A stretch of DNA of 64,000 nucleotides from an uncultured Eggerthella sp. (GCA_900542525.1 UQNZ01000003.1:48440-112439), one strand, 5' to 3'; shown: positions 28,487-42,499, numbered from the stretch's first letter. Program-made: numbers and translations. Notes: generated from the letters alone by a model not told the origin.

Positions 28487-29701
28487 TTATTTCAGAGCTT
28501 CAACACCAGGAAGAAGCTCGCCTTGTACCAATTCCATCGAAGCGCCGCCACCCGTTGAGATAAAGGTCATTTCATCTGCGAGATCGAACTTATTCACTGC
28601 CGCAACGCTATCGCCTCCACCAATGATAGTATCTGCTGCCTTGTTGTTCGCCACCGCTTCAGCTACTGCACGCGTACCACCTTCGAATGAAGGCATTTCG
28701 AATACCCCCATCGGACCATTCCAGAACACTGTTTTCGCATCTTCGATCGCCTCAGAGTAAACGATGGCAGTAGCTGGTCCGATATCGAGACCCATCATGT
28801 TATCGGGCATCTCAGCAACCGTGCAGACTTCCTTGTGAGCATCGTTGGCGAATTCATCGGCGCAGACGACATCGAGCGGCAAGAGCATCTCAACGCCCTT
28901 TTCCTTAGCTTTTTCAAGCATTTTGCCCGCGCGCTCGACCCACTCTTCTTCCATAAGAGAAGTGCCTGTTGAGAAGCCTTGCGCCTTCAAGAACGTGAAG
29001 CACATGCCTCCGCCGATGATGAGCTTATCGCACTTATCGATGAGCGCATCGATCACCTTCACCTTGTCGGAGACCTTCGAGCCACCCAGAATGGCGACGA
29101 AAGGACGCTTAGGATCATCGAGCATGGAAGTGAGCGTATTGACCTCGTTCGCCATGAGCGCGCCCGCGTAAGCTGGCAAGAACTGCGCAACACCAGCCGT
29201 GGACGCATGAGCACGATGCGCTGCCCCGAAGGCATCATTGATATAGAGATCTGCAAGTGAAGCAAGCTCACGAGCAAATTCAGGGTCGTTCTTCTTCTCG
29301 CGCTTATCGAAACGCAGGTTCTCGAGCAGCGCAACATCGCCGTCTTCGAGCGCTGCAACCGTTTCCTTGGCTGAATCTCCAATGGTGTCGGTAGCGAATG
29401 CGACTGGTTTGCCGATGAGATCCTGCAGATACGCAGCTACAGGCGCAAGCGAGAATTCTTCTTGATAGCCCGTGCCATCAGGTCTACCCAAATGGCTCGC
29501 AAGGATAACGCGCGCGCCGCGCTCGACCAGGTATTCGATGGTAGGAAGCGCAGCGCGAATGCGCGTATCGTCTTCGACCTTGCCATCTTTGAGCGGTACA
29601 TTGAAATCTACGCGCACGAGCGCGCGTTTGCCCGAAACATCGGCATCGGTATATAACTTGAGGTCGCTCATAGTGATCCTTTCAAAATAAAAGGAGAGCA
29701 T
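28487..29701 (-). CDS. pgk: Phosphoglycerate kinase
   Basis: RVDFNVP N-terminal motif and GGGASLE-like C-terminal motif. The start is likely MSDLKLY at about 29671. Confidence 0.9.
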   Translation of the reverse strand: MLSFYFERITMSDLKLYTDADVSGKRALVRVDFNVPLKDGKVEDDTRIRAALPTIEYLVERGARVILASHLGRPDGTGYQEEFSLAPVAAYLQDLIGKPVAFATDTIGDSAKETVAALEDGDVALLENLRFDKREKKNDPEFARELASLADLYINDAFGAAHRAHASTAGVAQFLPAYAGALMANEVNTLTSMLDDPKRPFVAILGGSKVSDKVKVIDALIDKCDKLIIGGGMCFTFLKAQGFSTGTSLMEEEWVERAGKMLEKAKEKGVEMLLPLDVVCADEFANDAHKEVCTVAEMPDNMMGLDIGPATAIVYSEAIEDAKTVFWNGPMGVFEMPSFEGGTRAVAEAVANNKAADTIIGGGDSVAAVNKFDLADEMTFISTGGGASMELVQGELLPGVEALK

Positions 29702-29744
29702 TTATGAAAATACTCTCCTTCATGTTCAAACCGTGATACCAAAC

Positions 29745-30824
<1,080 letters not shown>

Positions 30825-30993
30825 CTAGATGAACTAACGATATTCACTATACCAGAAACACGATTGCACTCAGAGCGTTCAGCGGATTCACCCCGGTAAA
30901 ACTACTCATAATCTAGAGATTGACCACATAGTACTGACCGCTGCTCGTCATAGAAATGCTCACGAACGAAATAGCATGCATGAATTGCGCACG

Positions 30994-31965
30994 TTATCCG
31001 CGCTGTTCTTTGCGGGCGATCTCTTGTGCGAGCTGATCGAGGCGGCGTACGCGGTGGTTGATCGCAGATTTTGATAGTGGTGGATCAGCAGCTTCACCAA
31101 GCTCTTTCAAGGTTGCATCAGGGTATGCGATGCGCAATTTGATGTATTCTTGAAGCGCTTGCGGAAGCGTTGCAAGGTCGCGATGTTCGAGCACATAGCG
31201 GATCGTCATGATCTGTTCGACCGAGGCAGCCGAAGCCTTCGCCTGGTTGGCAATCTCAGCGTTCACGCGACGGTTCACATCGTTGCGCACACTTTTCACC
31301 ACCCGCTCGTTCTCCATCTTGAGCGCACTTTGATGAGCGCCAACAAGCGCCAAAAACGACGAAATAGCCGTGCCGCTCTTGAGGTAGATCAAGTAGCTGT
31401 TGCGCCGCTGAATAGCCCTTGCCTTGATACCGCGTTCCTTGAGCAATTTGACGATAGCATTCGCGGTCGCTTCGGTCTCAACCTTGAGTTCGAAATGGAA
31501 ATCTCCACGTGGATTCGAGATGAACCCACTGCCCAAGAAGACGCCGCGCAAGTACGCCGCTGCGCAGCACTGCTTCGCGATGAGCGCCGGATCGATGCCG
31601 CGCTCAAGGCCATCTTCTCCAAGAATGCCGAGCTCCTTCAGCGTTTCATTGAGCCCCGGCTGCATCGGCACCTCGATGAGCCAGTTGGGTGTCTTATGGA
31701 GCACGCTGCGCCGCATGGTGAGGTCGGTCGTAAGGTGGTAGTTCTCGTGCAACGCCTTGATGATGAAGCGCGCAACCACCGGCGAATCAGTTGCGATCTC
31801 AAGAGCATATCTCCCCTGCCCTTTCATGAGCAGCGTGCCCTCGATACGAATGAGCGCCGCGAGCGTAGCATTCTCACAATGCGAGCACCCTGGTGCAACG
31901 CGTGAAAGCTCTTCTTTGACCTCCGTGGTGAACGACATGAGCCTATGCTCCACTCGAAGGCGCAT
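30994..31965 (-). CDS. whiA: DNA-binding protein WhiA
   Basis: Degenerate LAGLIDADG-like N-terminal domains plus a C-terminal HTH. Conserved rapZ-yvcK-whiA arrangement. Confidence 0.8.
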   Translation of the reverse strand: MRLRVEHRLMSFTTEVKEELSRVAPGCSHCENATLAALIRIEGTLLMKGQGRYALEIATDSPVVARFIIKALHENYHLTTDLTMRRSVLHKTPNWLIEVPMQPGLNETLKELGILGEDGLERGIDPALIAKQCCAAAYLRGVFLGSGFISNPRGDFHFELKVETEATANAIVKLLKERGIKARAIQRRNSYLIYLKSGTAISSFLALVGAHQSALKMENERVVKSVRNDVNRRVNAEIANQAKASAASVEQIMTIRYVLEHRDLATLPQALQEYIKLRIAYPDATLKELGEAADPPLSKSAINHRVRRLDQLAQEIARKEQRG

Positions 31966-33076
31966 TCAGCCTGAATACATCTGCGAACGCACGAGCGAGC
32001 GCTGGCGGATAGTGCCACGTTGGGCGTTGCGGATCGACCATATTACGCACGAGCACCACGGTGCCATCCTGCTGGATCTTCTGGATATCCTCATACGTTA
32101 CTTCTACCGAGCGAATGTTCGCGGAAAGCGGCTTGCCTTCTCTATTTTCCTGATGAGCACTCGCAAGCGCTCCTGAACCAGCAATAGCCTCGAAGCTGTC
32201 TTGCAACGGCGGACGCGGCGCGATCTTGTCCGCGCTATGAATGAGCACGTAGTCGAGATTGCGCCCGATACCGTGGCGACGCAGTGCATCGACATGTTCG
32301 ATGGCTGAAAGCCCCCAGGTCTCACCTTGCTGATCAGCAAGGCTGCATACGAAGATAGTTTTCGCTTTCGAGCGTTCGATCGCCTCAGGAATGCCAGGAA
32401 CGAGCAAGTTCGGAATGATCGAAGTGAAGAGCGAACCAGGACCGAGCACGATGAAATCTGCATCATAGATCGCCCGAATGGCCTCTACATAGGGCATCGG
32501 TTGACCAGTAGATTCGAGCCAAACGGTATCGAGCGCCGTTTCCGACTTGCAGGCAGTCGCCTGCCCGTGAAGCGTGCGCCCATCAAGCGTACGCGCATTG
32601 AGCACCACATTGTTGAGCGTGGAAGGGTAGACTCTGCCTTTGCTGCCAAGCAGCTTACCGCAAATCTTCACCGCCTCAGGAAAAGAGCCGGTTGCTTCTT
32701 CGAGTGCGGAGAGCATGAGATTGCCTAGTGTATGGTTGCGCGCGAATTCGAAGCGATACTTGAACGCTTTAGTGAAAGGATCGTCGGGGTTCTCTGCGAA
32801 TGCAGCAAGGCATTTGCGGATATCACCTGGTGGGGTGACCTTTGCTTCGGCGCGCAGGATACCTGTTGACCCGCCGTCATCCGCCATAGCCACCACCGCC
32901 GATGTTTGGATGCCCATCGAAAGCAACGTGCGGATCGAAACCGGCGCACCCGTGCCGCCACCGATCACGACTGCCTTCAGGTCGTTATAGCCATGCGGGA
33001 ATTGCGTATCGATGCGATCGATCGCTTGGAACATGAAGGTAAGCGTAGGCTCTTGTTTGAAAGCCTCGCTGCTCAT
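31943..33076 (-). CDS. yvcK: Gluconeogenesis factor YvcK (UPF0052/CofD-like)
   Basis: VVIGGGTG nucleotide-binding motif and the CofD-like fold. Confidence 0.8.
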   Translation of the reverse strand: MSSEAFKQEPTLTFMFQAIDRIDTQFPHGYNDLKAVVIGGGTGAPVSIRTLLSMGIQTSAVVAMADDGGSTGILRAEAKVTPPGDIRKCLAAFAENPDDPFTKAFKYRFEFARNHTLGNLMLSALEEATGSFPEAVKICGKLLGSKGRVYPSTLNNVVLNARTLDGRTLHGQATACKSETALDTVWLESTGQPMPYVEAIRAIYDADFIVLGPGSLFTSIIPNLLVPGIPEAIERSKAKTIFVCSLADQQGETWGLSAIEHVDALRRHGIGRNLDYVLIHSADKIAPRPPLQDSFEAIAGSGALASAHQENREGKPLSANIRSVEVTYEDIQKIQQDGTVVLVRNMVDPQRPTWHYPPALARAFADVFRLNAPSSGA

Positions 33077-34044
33077 TTGGTAGCTGCCTTTTCTGTATCA
33101 GCCAGCGCGATATCACGATGATAGACCGAAACGCTATAGTCTTCTTCTTTCAGGATCTTCGCAGTCTGTTCAGCAAGCACTACGCTGCGGTGCTGCCCAC
33201 CCGTGCAGCCTACCGCAATGGCCAAATGGTGCTTTCCTTCCGCCACATATCCCGGCATCACGCAATCGAGCAAACTTTTCCATGATGCCAAGAATGCCTC
33301 GGTTTCAGAATTGCAAAGCACGAAATCACGCACCGGCTCATCAAGGCCAGTAAGAACGCGCATCTCTGGAATGTAGAACGGGTTCGGAAGAAAACGCACA
33401 TCGATAACGATATCAGCATCGACCGGCGCACCATGCTTGAATCCGAAAGAGTAGACGACCACATTCAGCCCTTCACGCTTGGTCTCGAGCGAATAGAGCT
33501 CGCGCAAGCGCTCACGCAGCACACGCGTAGAGATCTGGGAAGTATCGATATAGGAATGAGCGATCTTCGGCAGATCCTTATTGAGCTCGCGTTCGCGTTC
33601 GATCGCCTGACCAATGGTAAGGTTATTCTCCATGCTAAGCGGATGGAGGCGACGCGAAGCTTTATAGCGCGCGATAAGTGTTTCATCAGTAGAATCAAGG
33701 AAGACAAGACGATATCCGATGCCCGCTTCGTCGAGATTGGCCAATTCTTTAACAAGCTGGTTGTAATAGCTCTGCGTACGGATCGGACAAGCAATAGCGA
33801 GCTTGCGCAACCCTTCAGTCTGCCCAGGAATACTCGCAAGGCTCACGATACTCATGATGAGCTCAGGCGGAAGATTATCGATACAGAAGAATCCAAGATC
33901 CTCGAAAGCATGGACCGCTTCCGTGCGGCCTGCCCCGCTCATACCAGTGATGATGACAACGGTAGGTTCCACGCGTTCGCCTTGTTGCTCTTCAGTACTG
34001 TCCGCTTCAAATGCTTGTTCAGCCATAGGTCTAGTCCTTATCAT
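33073..34044 (-). CDS. rapZ: RNase adapter protein RapZ (YvcJ)
   Basis: Walker A motif GMSGAGRT and the conserved RapZ C-terminal domain. Confidence 0.8.
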   Translation of the reverse strand: MIRTRPMAEQAFEADSTEEQQGERVEPTVVIITGMSGAGRTEAVHAFEDLGFFCIDNLPPELIMSIVSLASIPGQTEGLRKLAIACPIRTQSYYNQLVKELANLDEAGIGYRLVFLDSTDETLIARYKASRRLHPLSMENNLTIGQAIERERELNKDLPKIAHSYIDTSQISTRVLRERLRELYSLETKREGLNVVVYSFGFKHGAPVDADIVIDVRFLPNPFYIPEMRVLTGLDEPVRDFVLCNSETEAFLASWKSLLDCVMPGYVAEGKHHLAIAVGCTGGQHRSVVLAEQTAKILKEEDYSVSVYHRDIALADTEKAATK

Positions 34045-35968
34045 CCGGAGATGTTTCTAGCGTAACAGTTCCATATTCTGCACGAAGCACCTCATAGAGG
34101 TCTTCTGCAACACTATCAGGAACAATTCTAGCAGCTTTTATGTCGTCCAAGCTTGCCTGCTTGAGGTTTGAGAACGAACCGAAATGCTTGAGGATCTGCT
34201 TCTTGCGCTTCGGACCGATCCCGGGCACTTCATCAAGAATGGAGGTTGTCATAGCCTTGCGACGCAATTCGCGATGATAAGTGATAGCAAAACGGTGCGA
34301 TTCATCGCGCACCTGCTTGAGCAGATACAGGCTTGGAGAACCACTCGGCAGCACAACTGGGCCGCTTTCCTGCCACGGAACGAAAAGTTCCTCATCGCGC
34401 TTAGCAAGGCCTGCGATGGGAATATCGGCAGCACCAAGCTCCTCAAGCTGCCTGAGCGCTGCTGTAAGCTGAGGCTTGCCGCCATCGACCACGATAAGGT
34501 CGGGCTTCTGAGCGAATCGTTCATCCTTCATCTTCTCGGCGTTATAGTGCCGCTCGAACACCTCGCTCATCATGGCGAAATCGTTCGCTTCTTCGGTCTC
34601 GAGCCTGATCTTGAAACGACGATACTGACTCTTATCAGGCTTACCGTTCACGAATACCACCATAGAAGCAACCGAATGCTTGCCATGAATGGTGGAGATA
34701 TCAAAACACTCGATGCGCAAAGGCGGCCTATCGAGCGCAAGCGCACTCTCGAGCTGGAGCAAGGCTGCATTGATGCGTTCGTCATCATAGTTGCTCCGCG
34801 CTTTGTAGCGCATGAGCACATGGCGTGCGTTCGTGTTCGCCATCTGTAAGAGCGCCGAACGCTCCCCTCGCTTAGGCACGATGAAGTTCACCTTAGCACC
34901 ATAGGGGCTCGCCAGCTTTTCCGTGAGCCATTCTTCGATGACCGTGCTGTCTTCAGGCAGCATATCGAGAATGATCTCGTGCGGGATCGATGAGGTCTTG
35001 TCGTAATAGCGCAGGATGAACATACGCACGAGATCCTCGAAAGGAACGTCTTTACCCTTGTTGAAGATGAATTCGTTCGTATTGATAACCTTGCCACCAC
35101 GCACGTTGATGAGCGAGATGCCTGCGATCGTTTCTTCGCGGTAGATGCCGATCACATCGGAATCAAGATTGAGGGAAGAGACCGCGTGCTGCTTACTCTC
35201 AAGCGAATTGATCGTATCTATGCGACCTTTGATACGTGATGCCTGCTCAAAATCGAGCTCAGCAACGGCAGCTTGCATGCTCTCTTCGAGCTCATCGAGG
35301 AATTCCTTATGCTGACCAGAAAGAAAACGCGCCACGCGCTTTACGAGAAGTTGGTATTCCTCCGGATCGATCGCACCGCAACAAGCACCAGGACCAAGCC
35401 CTACATGCGCATCGAAGCACGGACGGTCGGAAAGCTCGAGCTCATCATACGAACAATTCTCAAGACGACGTGCAAGACGGCGCCATTCCGCGCATGAAGA
35501 CGCACAAATAGGCACGATACGGCGCGTGATATCGACAAGATCGCGTGCCGCACGCGAATCAGTATACGGGCCAAAATAGCGCGTGTTGGGCTTATGGGCT
35601 TCACGCGTGTATTTGATAGCAGGAAACACATCGCCTGTGGTAAGCGCTATGAATGGATAGCTCTTATCGTCCTTGAAATCCGCATTGAAATACGGTGAAT
35701 ACTGCTGGATGAGATTCTTTTCGAGCACGAGTGATTCATGTTCGTTCTCGACCACGATATATTCGAACGAATCAATCTGGGAAACGAGCAGTGGAATCTT
35801 CTCACGCGTATCTTGGAAATTCACATACTGGCGCATGCGAGCACGCAGCTGCTTTGCCTTGCCTACATAGATGACACGCCCTTTTTTGTCCTTCCAAAGA
35901 TATACGCCAGGAAGCGCTGGCACAGCAGTAAGCTGACGTTTGATATCTTCGAGCTTCTGATCATCCAT
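34031..35968 (-). CDS. uvrC: Excinuclease ABC subunit C
   Basis: GIY-YIG N-terminus (PGVYLWKDKKGRVIYVGKAK), UvrBC-interacting region and a C-terminal HhH. Confidence 0.9.
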   Translation of the reverse strand: MDDQKLEDIKRQLTAVPALPGVYLWKDKKGRVIYVGKAKQLRARMRQYVNFQDTREKIPLLVSQIDSFEYIVVENEHESLVLEKNLIQQYSPYFNADFKDDKSYPFIALTTGDVFPAIKYTREAHKPNTRYFGPYTDSRAARDLVDITRRIVPICASSCAEWRRLARRLENCSYDELELSDRPCFDAHVGLGPGACCGAIDPEEYQLLVKRVARFLSGQHKEFLDELEESMQAAVAELDFEQASRIKGRIDTINSLESKQHAVSSLNLDSDVIGIYREETIAGISLINVRGGKVINTNEFIFNKGKDVPFEDLVRMFILRYYDKTSSIPHEIILDMLPEDSTVIEEWLTEKLASPYGAKVNFIVPKRGERSALLQMANTNARHVLMRYKARSNYDDERINAALLQLESALALDRPPLRIECFDISTIHGKHSVASMVVFVNGKPDKSQYRRFKIRLETEEANDFAMMSEVFERHYNAEKMKDERFAQKPDLIVVDGGKPQLTAALRQLEELGAADIPIAGLAKRDEELFVPWQESGPVVLPSGSPSLYLLKQVRDESHRFAITYHRELRRKAMTTSILDEVPGIGPKRKKQILKHFGSFSNLKQASLDDIKAARIVPDSVAEDLYEVLRAEYGTVTLETSPDDKD

Positions 35969-36013
35969 CTTCTTTATTCCCGAAACGAATCGTTAGAGGC
36001 AATGCAGCACTGC

Positions 36014-38047
36014 TTAGATATGGTCATCCAAATCGAGCATCATAAGAGAAACATTATCACGAAGCTTCTTCGCTTCAGCGCGTGAGATATTTCCTGAAGC
36101 ATAGTAATCATCGATCACTTCCAACTCGATTTGGAGTGCCATACGCTGGATCGAATCGCTGTTAGCAGTAGCTTGCTCCACCACATGTTCGGCAGGTCCC
36201 GCATCGCTCTGCAAAGCTGCAAGCACGCGTTCATGAGCGATGAGCAGCTTCGCGACCACTTCGCTTGGATAATTCGGATTATCAACCAACGAATGAAGGT
36301 AGCTTATCGCTTCCTGTTCACAGATCATACGAACCTGATACTGCATCAGGTCCTCCTTCACGGATTCATAATGAAGCAATGCGAAAAAACGGTTTTTCAG
36401 CTCGCGGAAGAATCGCACGATATCCATGAGCAGCATTTGAATCGACATGAAGTGCTGTTTGGTATGCGTGAGCAAATTCTTTTGATGAAGCAGTGTACGC
36501 AAATAGGCAAAACCCTCATAGGGATCAATATTGCGGGCTTCAATGTTTTCGATAAGCGCATTGGCCTGATGATTGATCACCTGAATACGCAGCTGCGTTG
36601 AAGACGGTGGTTCAATATCGACCCAATCACGAATCGTTGCGATACGGTTGTTGTATGATGCGACCACGAACTTGGTTGCATTATCATTCTCTGGCGTCGC
36701 CTCTACGAGCAACCGTTCGATAACCGTACGCAATATCTCGATCCGCATGAGCAGATTATGCTCGCGTTCCTCTTCGTCTTCCTCAACATCCTTCGGCGCA
36801 AGCACAGGAAGCGCGAAGTTAGCCAAAAGCAAAGTGCAGAGAATAACCCCCGAAGCCAAGAAGATGATGAGCGAACGCTGCGGGAAGACTGATCCATCAG
36901 AGAGTAAGAACGGCATCGAGAAGATGATCGAGAGCGTGATCGCACCCTTTGGTCCACCGACCGTGGTAACGAGCGCATTGAGGATCGTTTTCTTGTTGAT
37001 CTTATCGCGCCGATTCGTATCGGGGTTCTTCGTAATGAGCGACATGGCGATCGCCCAAATCCAACGCAGGACCACGATGAGCACTGTTATGAGCAGAACA
37101 TACCCAATAAGTGCGAAGTTGTTGATGTAAACATCGTTCCACGTCGATTGCGTGGCCATCGGAAGCTGCATGCCCAAGAGCACGAATACGATACCATTCA
37201 GGGTGAAGCCGATCACTTTCCATACGCTTGATAAGGCGATGTTGAGGCTTGAGCGATACGGCGAGATCTTCCGCGTGTTGTACATCGACCACAGAATACC
37301 GCAAGCAACGACCGCCAAGATGCCGCTGACACCGATGATCTCGGACACCAGGAATGTGACGAAGGGCATCGAAACTTCGAAGAGCACATGGAACGTTGTG
37401 GAATCAAGACCCAGATCACGCACCTTCGACGAGATGAACAGAAACAACAGTGCAAGAAAGATACCGAACGCGATGCCGCCAACGAAACTCACCGCAAAAG
37501 AAGCGGTCGCATCCGCAAGCGAGAACGCGCCCGTAACCGCAGCAGCGATAGCGAACTGGAACGAAACAACGCCCGAAGCGTCATTCAAGAGCGCTTCACC
37601 TTGCAGAATGGCTCCTTCACGTTTACCCAGCTGTGCCTCGTTGCGTAACGACTGAACAGCAACCGCGTCCGTCGGACCGAGCGCAGCACCGAGCGCAAAC
37701 GCAGCGGCGAGCGGGATAGAAGGGATGAGCCAATTCACCATGAAGCCAACACAAAGCGTGATGATGAGCACGAGCCCGATCGCGAATGAGAGAATGGTCA
37801 CCTTGTTATCCCATAAATTCTTCTTGTTCGAGTCTTTTGCATCACTGAAGAGCAAGGGTGCGATGAACAGCACCAAGAAGAGTTCTGGTTCTATATTGAT
37901 CTCGATAGGAGAAACTGCCAAGAACGCGATGACAACGCCCAGGCCGATCTGAATGAGCGGTAGTGAGACCTTGGGAACGATCTGATCGAGGATTGAAGAC
38001 AGAAGAACCGCTACTGCAAGCAGTAATATCAGTTCGAATGTTGCCAC
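36014..38047 (-). CDS. Na+/H+ antiporter, CPA1/NhaP-like, with long cytoplasmic C-terminal domain
   Basis: N-terminal ~400 aa are polytopic membrane domain with CPA1 motifs. C-terminal ~270 aa are soluble. Confidence 0.7.
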   Translation of the reverse strand: MATFELILLLAVAVLLSSILDQIVPKVSLPLIQIGLGVVIAFLAVSPIEINIEPELFLVLFIAPLLFSDAKDSNKKNLWDNKVTILSFAIGLVLIITLCVGFMVNWLIPSIPLAAAFALGAALGPTDAVAVQSLRNEAQLGKREGAILQGEALLNDASGVVSFQFAIAAAVTGAFSLADATASFAVSFVGGIAFGIFLALLFLFISSKVRDLGLDSTTFHVLFEVSMPFVTFLVSEIIGVSGILAVVACGILWSMYNTRKISPYRSSLNIALSSVWKVIGFTLNGIVFVLLGMQLPMATQSTWNDVYINNFALIGYVLLITVLIVVLRWIWAIAMSLITKNPDTNRRDKINKKTILNALVTTVGGPKGAITLSIIFSMPFLLSDGSVFPQRSLIIFLASGVILCTLLLANFALPVLAPKDVEEDEEEREHNLLMRIEILRTVIERLLVEATPENDNATKFVVASYNNRIATIRDWVDIEPPSSTQLRIQVINHQANALIENIEARNIDPYEGFAYLRTLLHQKNLLTHTKQHFMSIQMLLMDIVRFFRELKNRFFALLHYESVKEDLMQYQVRMICEQEAISYLHSLVDNPNYPSEVVAKLLIAHERVLAALQSDAGPAEHVVEQATANSDSIQRMALQIELEVIDDYYASGNISRAEAKKLRDNVSLMMLDLDDHI

Positions 38048-38156
38048 AGATCTATCCTTCGTTGTCTCGCTTGCTCTCTATACTAACGAAATACGCCACC
38101 GATTCGCCGGTTTAGTCCGTCCGCTGCGCAAGATTCACATCTTTTCTTATCTTTGC

Positions 38157-38184
38157 TTGCATGTGAGGATTATTTCCATATAAT
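38157..38184 (+). promoter_or_regulatory. Sigma-70-like promoter (TTGCAT-16-TATAAT) for the tRNA-His/tRNA-Lys locus
   Basis: Consensus-like -35 and -10 hexamers. The -10 hexamer ends 15 bp upstream of tRNA-His. Confidence 0.5.
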
Positions 38185-38199
38185 ATTCCCTGCGCATAT

Positions 38200-38277
38200 G
38201 GTGGGTGTGGCCTAGTTGGCTAAGGCGCCAGATTGTGGCTCTGGAGATCGAGGGTTCAAGTCCCTTCATCCACCCCA
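38200..38277 (+). tRNA. tRNA-His (GTG) with encoded G-1
   Basis: Extra 5' G pairing with C73, anticodon loop ttGTGgc, encoded CCA. Confidence 0.8.
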
Positions 38278-38379
38278 GCGCGCTTTTTGAGCTTTTGTGA
38301 AGCTACCCTATTTTTTGCTTGTGCGACTTCGGTCAATAGCCTAAAATAGCAAAGCGCACAAACGCATAACATACGAAAC

Positions 38380-38455
38380 GGATCGTTAGCTTAGTTGGTA
38401 GAGCAGGGGACTCTTAATCCCAAGGTCCGGGGTTCGAGTCCCCGACGATCCACCA
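38380..38455 (+). tRNA. tRNA-Lys (CTT)
   Basis: Acceptor ggatcgt/acgatcc, anticodon loop ctCTTaa, T-loop GGTTCGAGTCC. Confidence 0.8.
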
Positions 38456-38596
38456 TGAACTTTCAGGCTGGTCTCCCCCAGCCTTTTTTATTGCTGCTAC
38501 TTTAATTCGTGCTCCAAGCACGATTCATTCGCTGCTCTTGATAAGTGATTTGCTTGCATCAAGAGCGTCCAGCAGAAAAACCCCTGATACGAAACG

Positions 38597-39790
38597 CTAG
38601 CTGCGCCAATATTCGAGCGCTCCATCCGTAGCCTCACGACGCTCAGCACGCGCACTATCATGAAGGTACTCAAGATATGAGAGCGCGATCGCAAGTCTGC
38701 GAGAACGCAGAATAGGAGGCTGTTCCTCCCAACTTGGCAAATAGGAATAGTACTTCTGTGCAAGTTCGTTCACTGTAAGCGGAGCGTCTTCGAGCATGCT
38801 CTGCATCTTGCTGATCGGACGATCGTAACTTGCAATGATCTTTTCAAGAAACGCATTGATCTCGCCTGCGCCGATGAGTGGCTCCCGATGGCACATGAAG
38901 ACACACTCAAGGTCGAGCGTTTTCAAGTAAGCAAGATTAGCCAAGAACTGTTGAAGCTGACGAATATCAGGTGTGAACGACATAAGTCCCGGAGCGGTAT
39001 CGAGCACGTGATCACCTGCAAAGAGAATGCGTTTCTCACGCTCGATCAAACATACATGAGTTGCTGTATGACCAGGAGTTTCGATCGCTTCAAAGCAGTA
39101 ATCCCCCACTTCGATAACATCGCCATTCTTCACGAAAGTGATGCGATCATTATAGCCTTCGAAACGACCATTGCGCTCGAGCAATCGCTCGATATAGAAG
39201 AAGATCTCATCATCTCCGGCGCGCTCAATACCGCATTGAATAAGAAAATTACGTGTCTGACCTTCATCGTAGGAAGGAAGCTCGCGCATATACACCCGTT
39301 GCGCGCCCTTATCAAGGCAATATTCGACATTGCCATCGTGATCATCATGAGAGTGTGTGATGAACACCGCTGCATCTTCCCAAGCAGTGCCTGTGCACGC
39401 AAGCGCTTCATCGAGAAATTCGACACCGCACATATCGTACATGCCCACATCGACAAAGAGCGCCTTATTGCCAGGATCGATAACGGCAAATTCATCGATA
39501 CGATCTGCAAAATAAAAATTATCGATCGCATAGCTCGAATGATAGATTCCCGGAAGATCTTCATGCAAAAGAAAATTTGTCACATGACTTACTTCAGGAT
39601 AGACAACTAGATGCTTCTTTTCTGAACCATCCGCTGCTTGATAGGTAAAATTGCGCGCTTCAGCAGAATCGACTTTTCCGAGTGAATCAAGTGCATTAAA
39701 ACCACTTTTGGTCGTGTTATCGATATGCAAACGCTCTTGCGCTTTACGCACGGATGTTTCTACGGATCGTTCATTGCTCATCGTAGACAT
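38597..39790 (-). CDS. MBL-fold metallo-hydrolase
   Basis: THSHDDH metal-binding motif and a downstream His/Asp set. Confidence 0.7.
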   Translation of the reverse strand: MSTMSNERSVETSVRKAQERLHIDNTTKSGFNALDSLGKVDSAEARNFTYQAADGSEKKHLVVYPEVSHVTNFLLHEDLPGIYHSSYAIDNFYFADRIDEFAVIDPGNKALFVDVGMYDMCGVEFLDEALACTGTAWEDAAVFITHSHDDHDGNVEYCLDKGAQRVYMRELPSYDEGQTRNFLIQCGIERAGDDEIFFYIERLLERNGRFEGYNDRITFVKNGDVIEVGDYCFEAIETPGHTATHVCLIEREKRILFAGDHVLDTAPGLMSFTPDIRQLQQFLANLAYLKTLDLECVFMCHREPLIGAGEINAFLEKIIASYDRPISKMQSMLEDAPLTVNELAQKYYSYLPSWEEQPPILRSRRLAIALSYLEYLHDSARAERREATDGALEYWRS

Positions 39791-40065
39791 GCTCCCTCTA
39801 GGCTCGTGATACCTCTATCTTACTCTAAATATCGGCCCGCGATCCGCTCTCCACTTGCCAACACATCTGATAGCGCTCACAGCACAAGCACACCATCAAA
39901 GAAGCGGACCATGTGCTACACAAGCAAAGAATAACAACGTGTCAATTCAGTTACCAATGCTCCTACGCTATTCAGCGCTTCATAAATCTTCTACCATTAG
40001 ATTAAAAGCGCTCTACTCACAGCAACAAGACACAAGCGAAATACCTGCGCTGAAAGGATCTTCAC

Positions 40066-40998
40066 ATGTTCGGAAATACCTTGCTTATCGTTAATCCTCA
40101 AGCGCAAAGCGGGCGCGCACGTCACGCATACCAAGAAACTGCCGATCTGCTCAAGAGCATCACCAATATTACCCGTGGCCACTATTTCGAGGTGATCGAA
40201 ACCGCCCATCCACTCGATGCGGTCATCATCACGCATGAACTAGGTGAGAACTTCGACACGATCTTCGCTCTCGGTGGAGATGGCCTCGTACATGAAGTAG
40301 TGAATGGCCTCATGCAGATCGAGGAAGAGAAGCGCCCCACGCTCGGCGTCTTCCCTGCGGGACAGGGAAATGATTTTGCCCGAAGCCTCAACCTTCCGCT
40401 CAACCCACTTAAAATGCTCGGCAAGCTTGCCAACCTTGAGAAGAAAACCATCGACATCGGTAAGGTCAACGACACCTACTTCTGCGAGACGCTCTCGTTC
40501 GGTGTGGATGCTGCTATCGCGCTTGAGACGATGGAGCGCCGCAAGAGAACGAACAAAACAGGAACGATCCTCTATATCGAAAGCGGTTTCAATCAGATCA
40601 AGAACCATCTCAATGCCATCTCTGCTCAGATCACGATCGACGGAAAAGCTTACGATGATCTCACGTTCTACACGTTCGCTGTTCAGAACGGTCAAACGTA
40701 TGGTGGTGGCTTCAAGATATGCCCGCAAACCAAGCTTGACGATGGCATGCTCGATATTTGCTATGCTGCTCCCCCACTCTCTAAACTCGCAGCAGTACGC
40801 CTGTTCATGAAGGCAAAAGATGGCAAACATATTCACGATCCCCATATCCACTTCCTTGCCGGAAAGGATATCAAGATCACCTTCAAGGATATCGTGTCGG
40901 CCCAGGTTGATGGAGAGCCGATTCCTGCTTACGAATACGATATCTCACTCATACCTGAAGCCCTTACGGTTCTTAAGCTTGAGGATGAGACAAGATAA
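40066..40998 (+). CDS. Diacylglycerol/lipid kinase family protein (YegS/BmrU-like), paralog 2
   Basis: DAGK catalytic motifs (ALGGDGLVHEV, GQGNDFARSL). Confidence 0.75.
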   Translation: MFGNTLLIVNPQAQSGRARHAYQETADLLKSITNITRGHYFEVIETAHPLDAVIITHELGENFDTIFALGGDGLVHEVVNGLMQIEEEKRPTLGVFPAGQGNDFARSLNLPLNPLKMLGKLANLEKKTIDIGKVNDTYFCETLSFGVDAAIALETMERRKRTNKTGTILYIESGFNQIKNHLNAISAQITIDGKAYDDLTFYTFAVQNGQTYGGGFKICPQTKLDDGMLDICYAAPPLSKLAAVRLFMKAKDGKHIHDPHIHFLAGKDIKITFKDIVSAQVDGEPIPAYEYDISLIPEALTVLKLEDETR

Positions 40999-41036
40999 TT
41001 CTGCACGAAATAGCCAACTCAAAACCTTTCGAGCAT

Positions 41037-41067
41037 GAATAAAGCTCCCCAAATGGGGAGCTTTATT
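41037..41067. terminator. Bidirectional rho-independent terminator between the convergent lipid kinase and gdhA genes
   Basis: Perfect hairpin aaagctcccc-aaat-ggggagcttt flanked by A/T runs on both sides. Confidence 0.65.
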
Positions 41068-41134
41068 GCAGTTACGGTAGTTAAACTTGCGCATCACACG
41101 AACAAGACACGCGTGCTTGAAGCAAGACCAAGAG

Positions 41135-42499
<1,365 letters not shown>
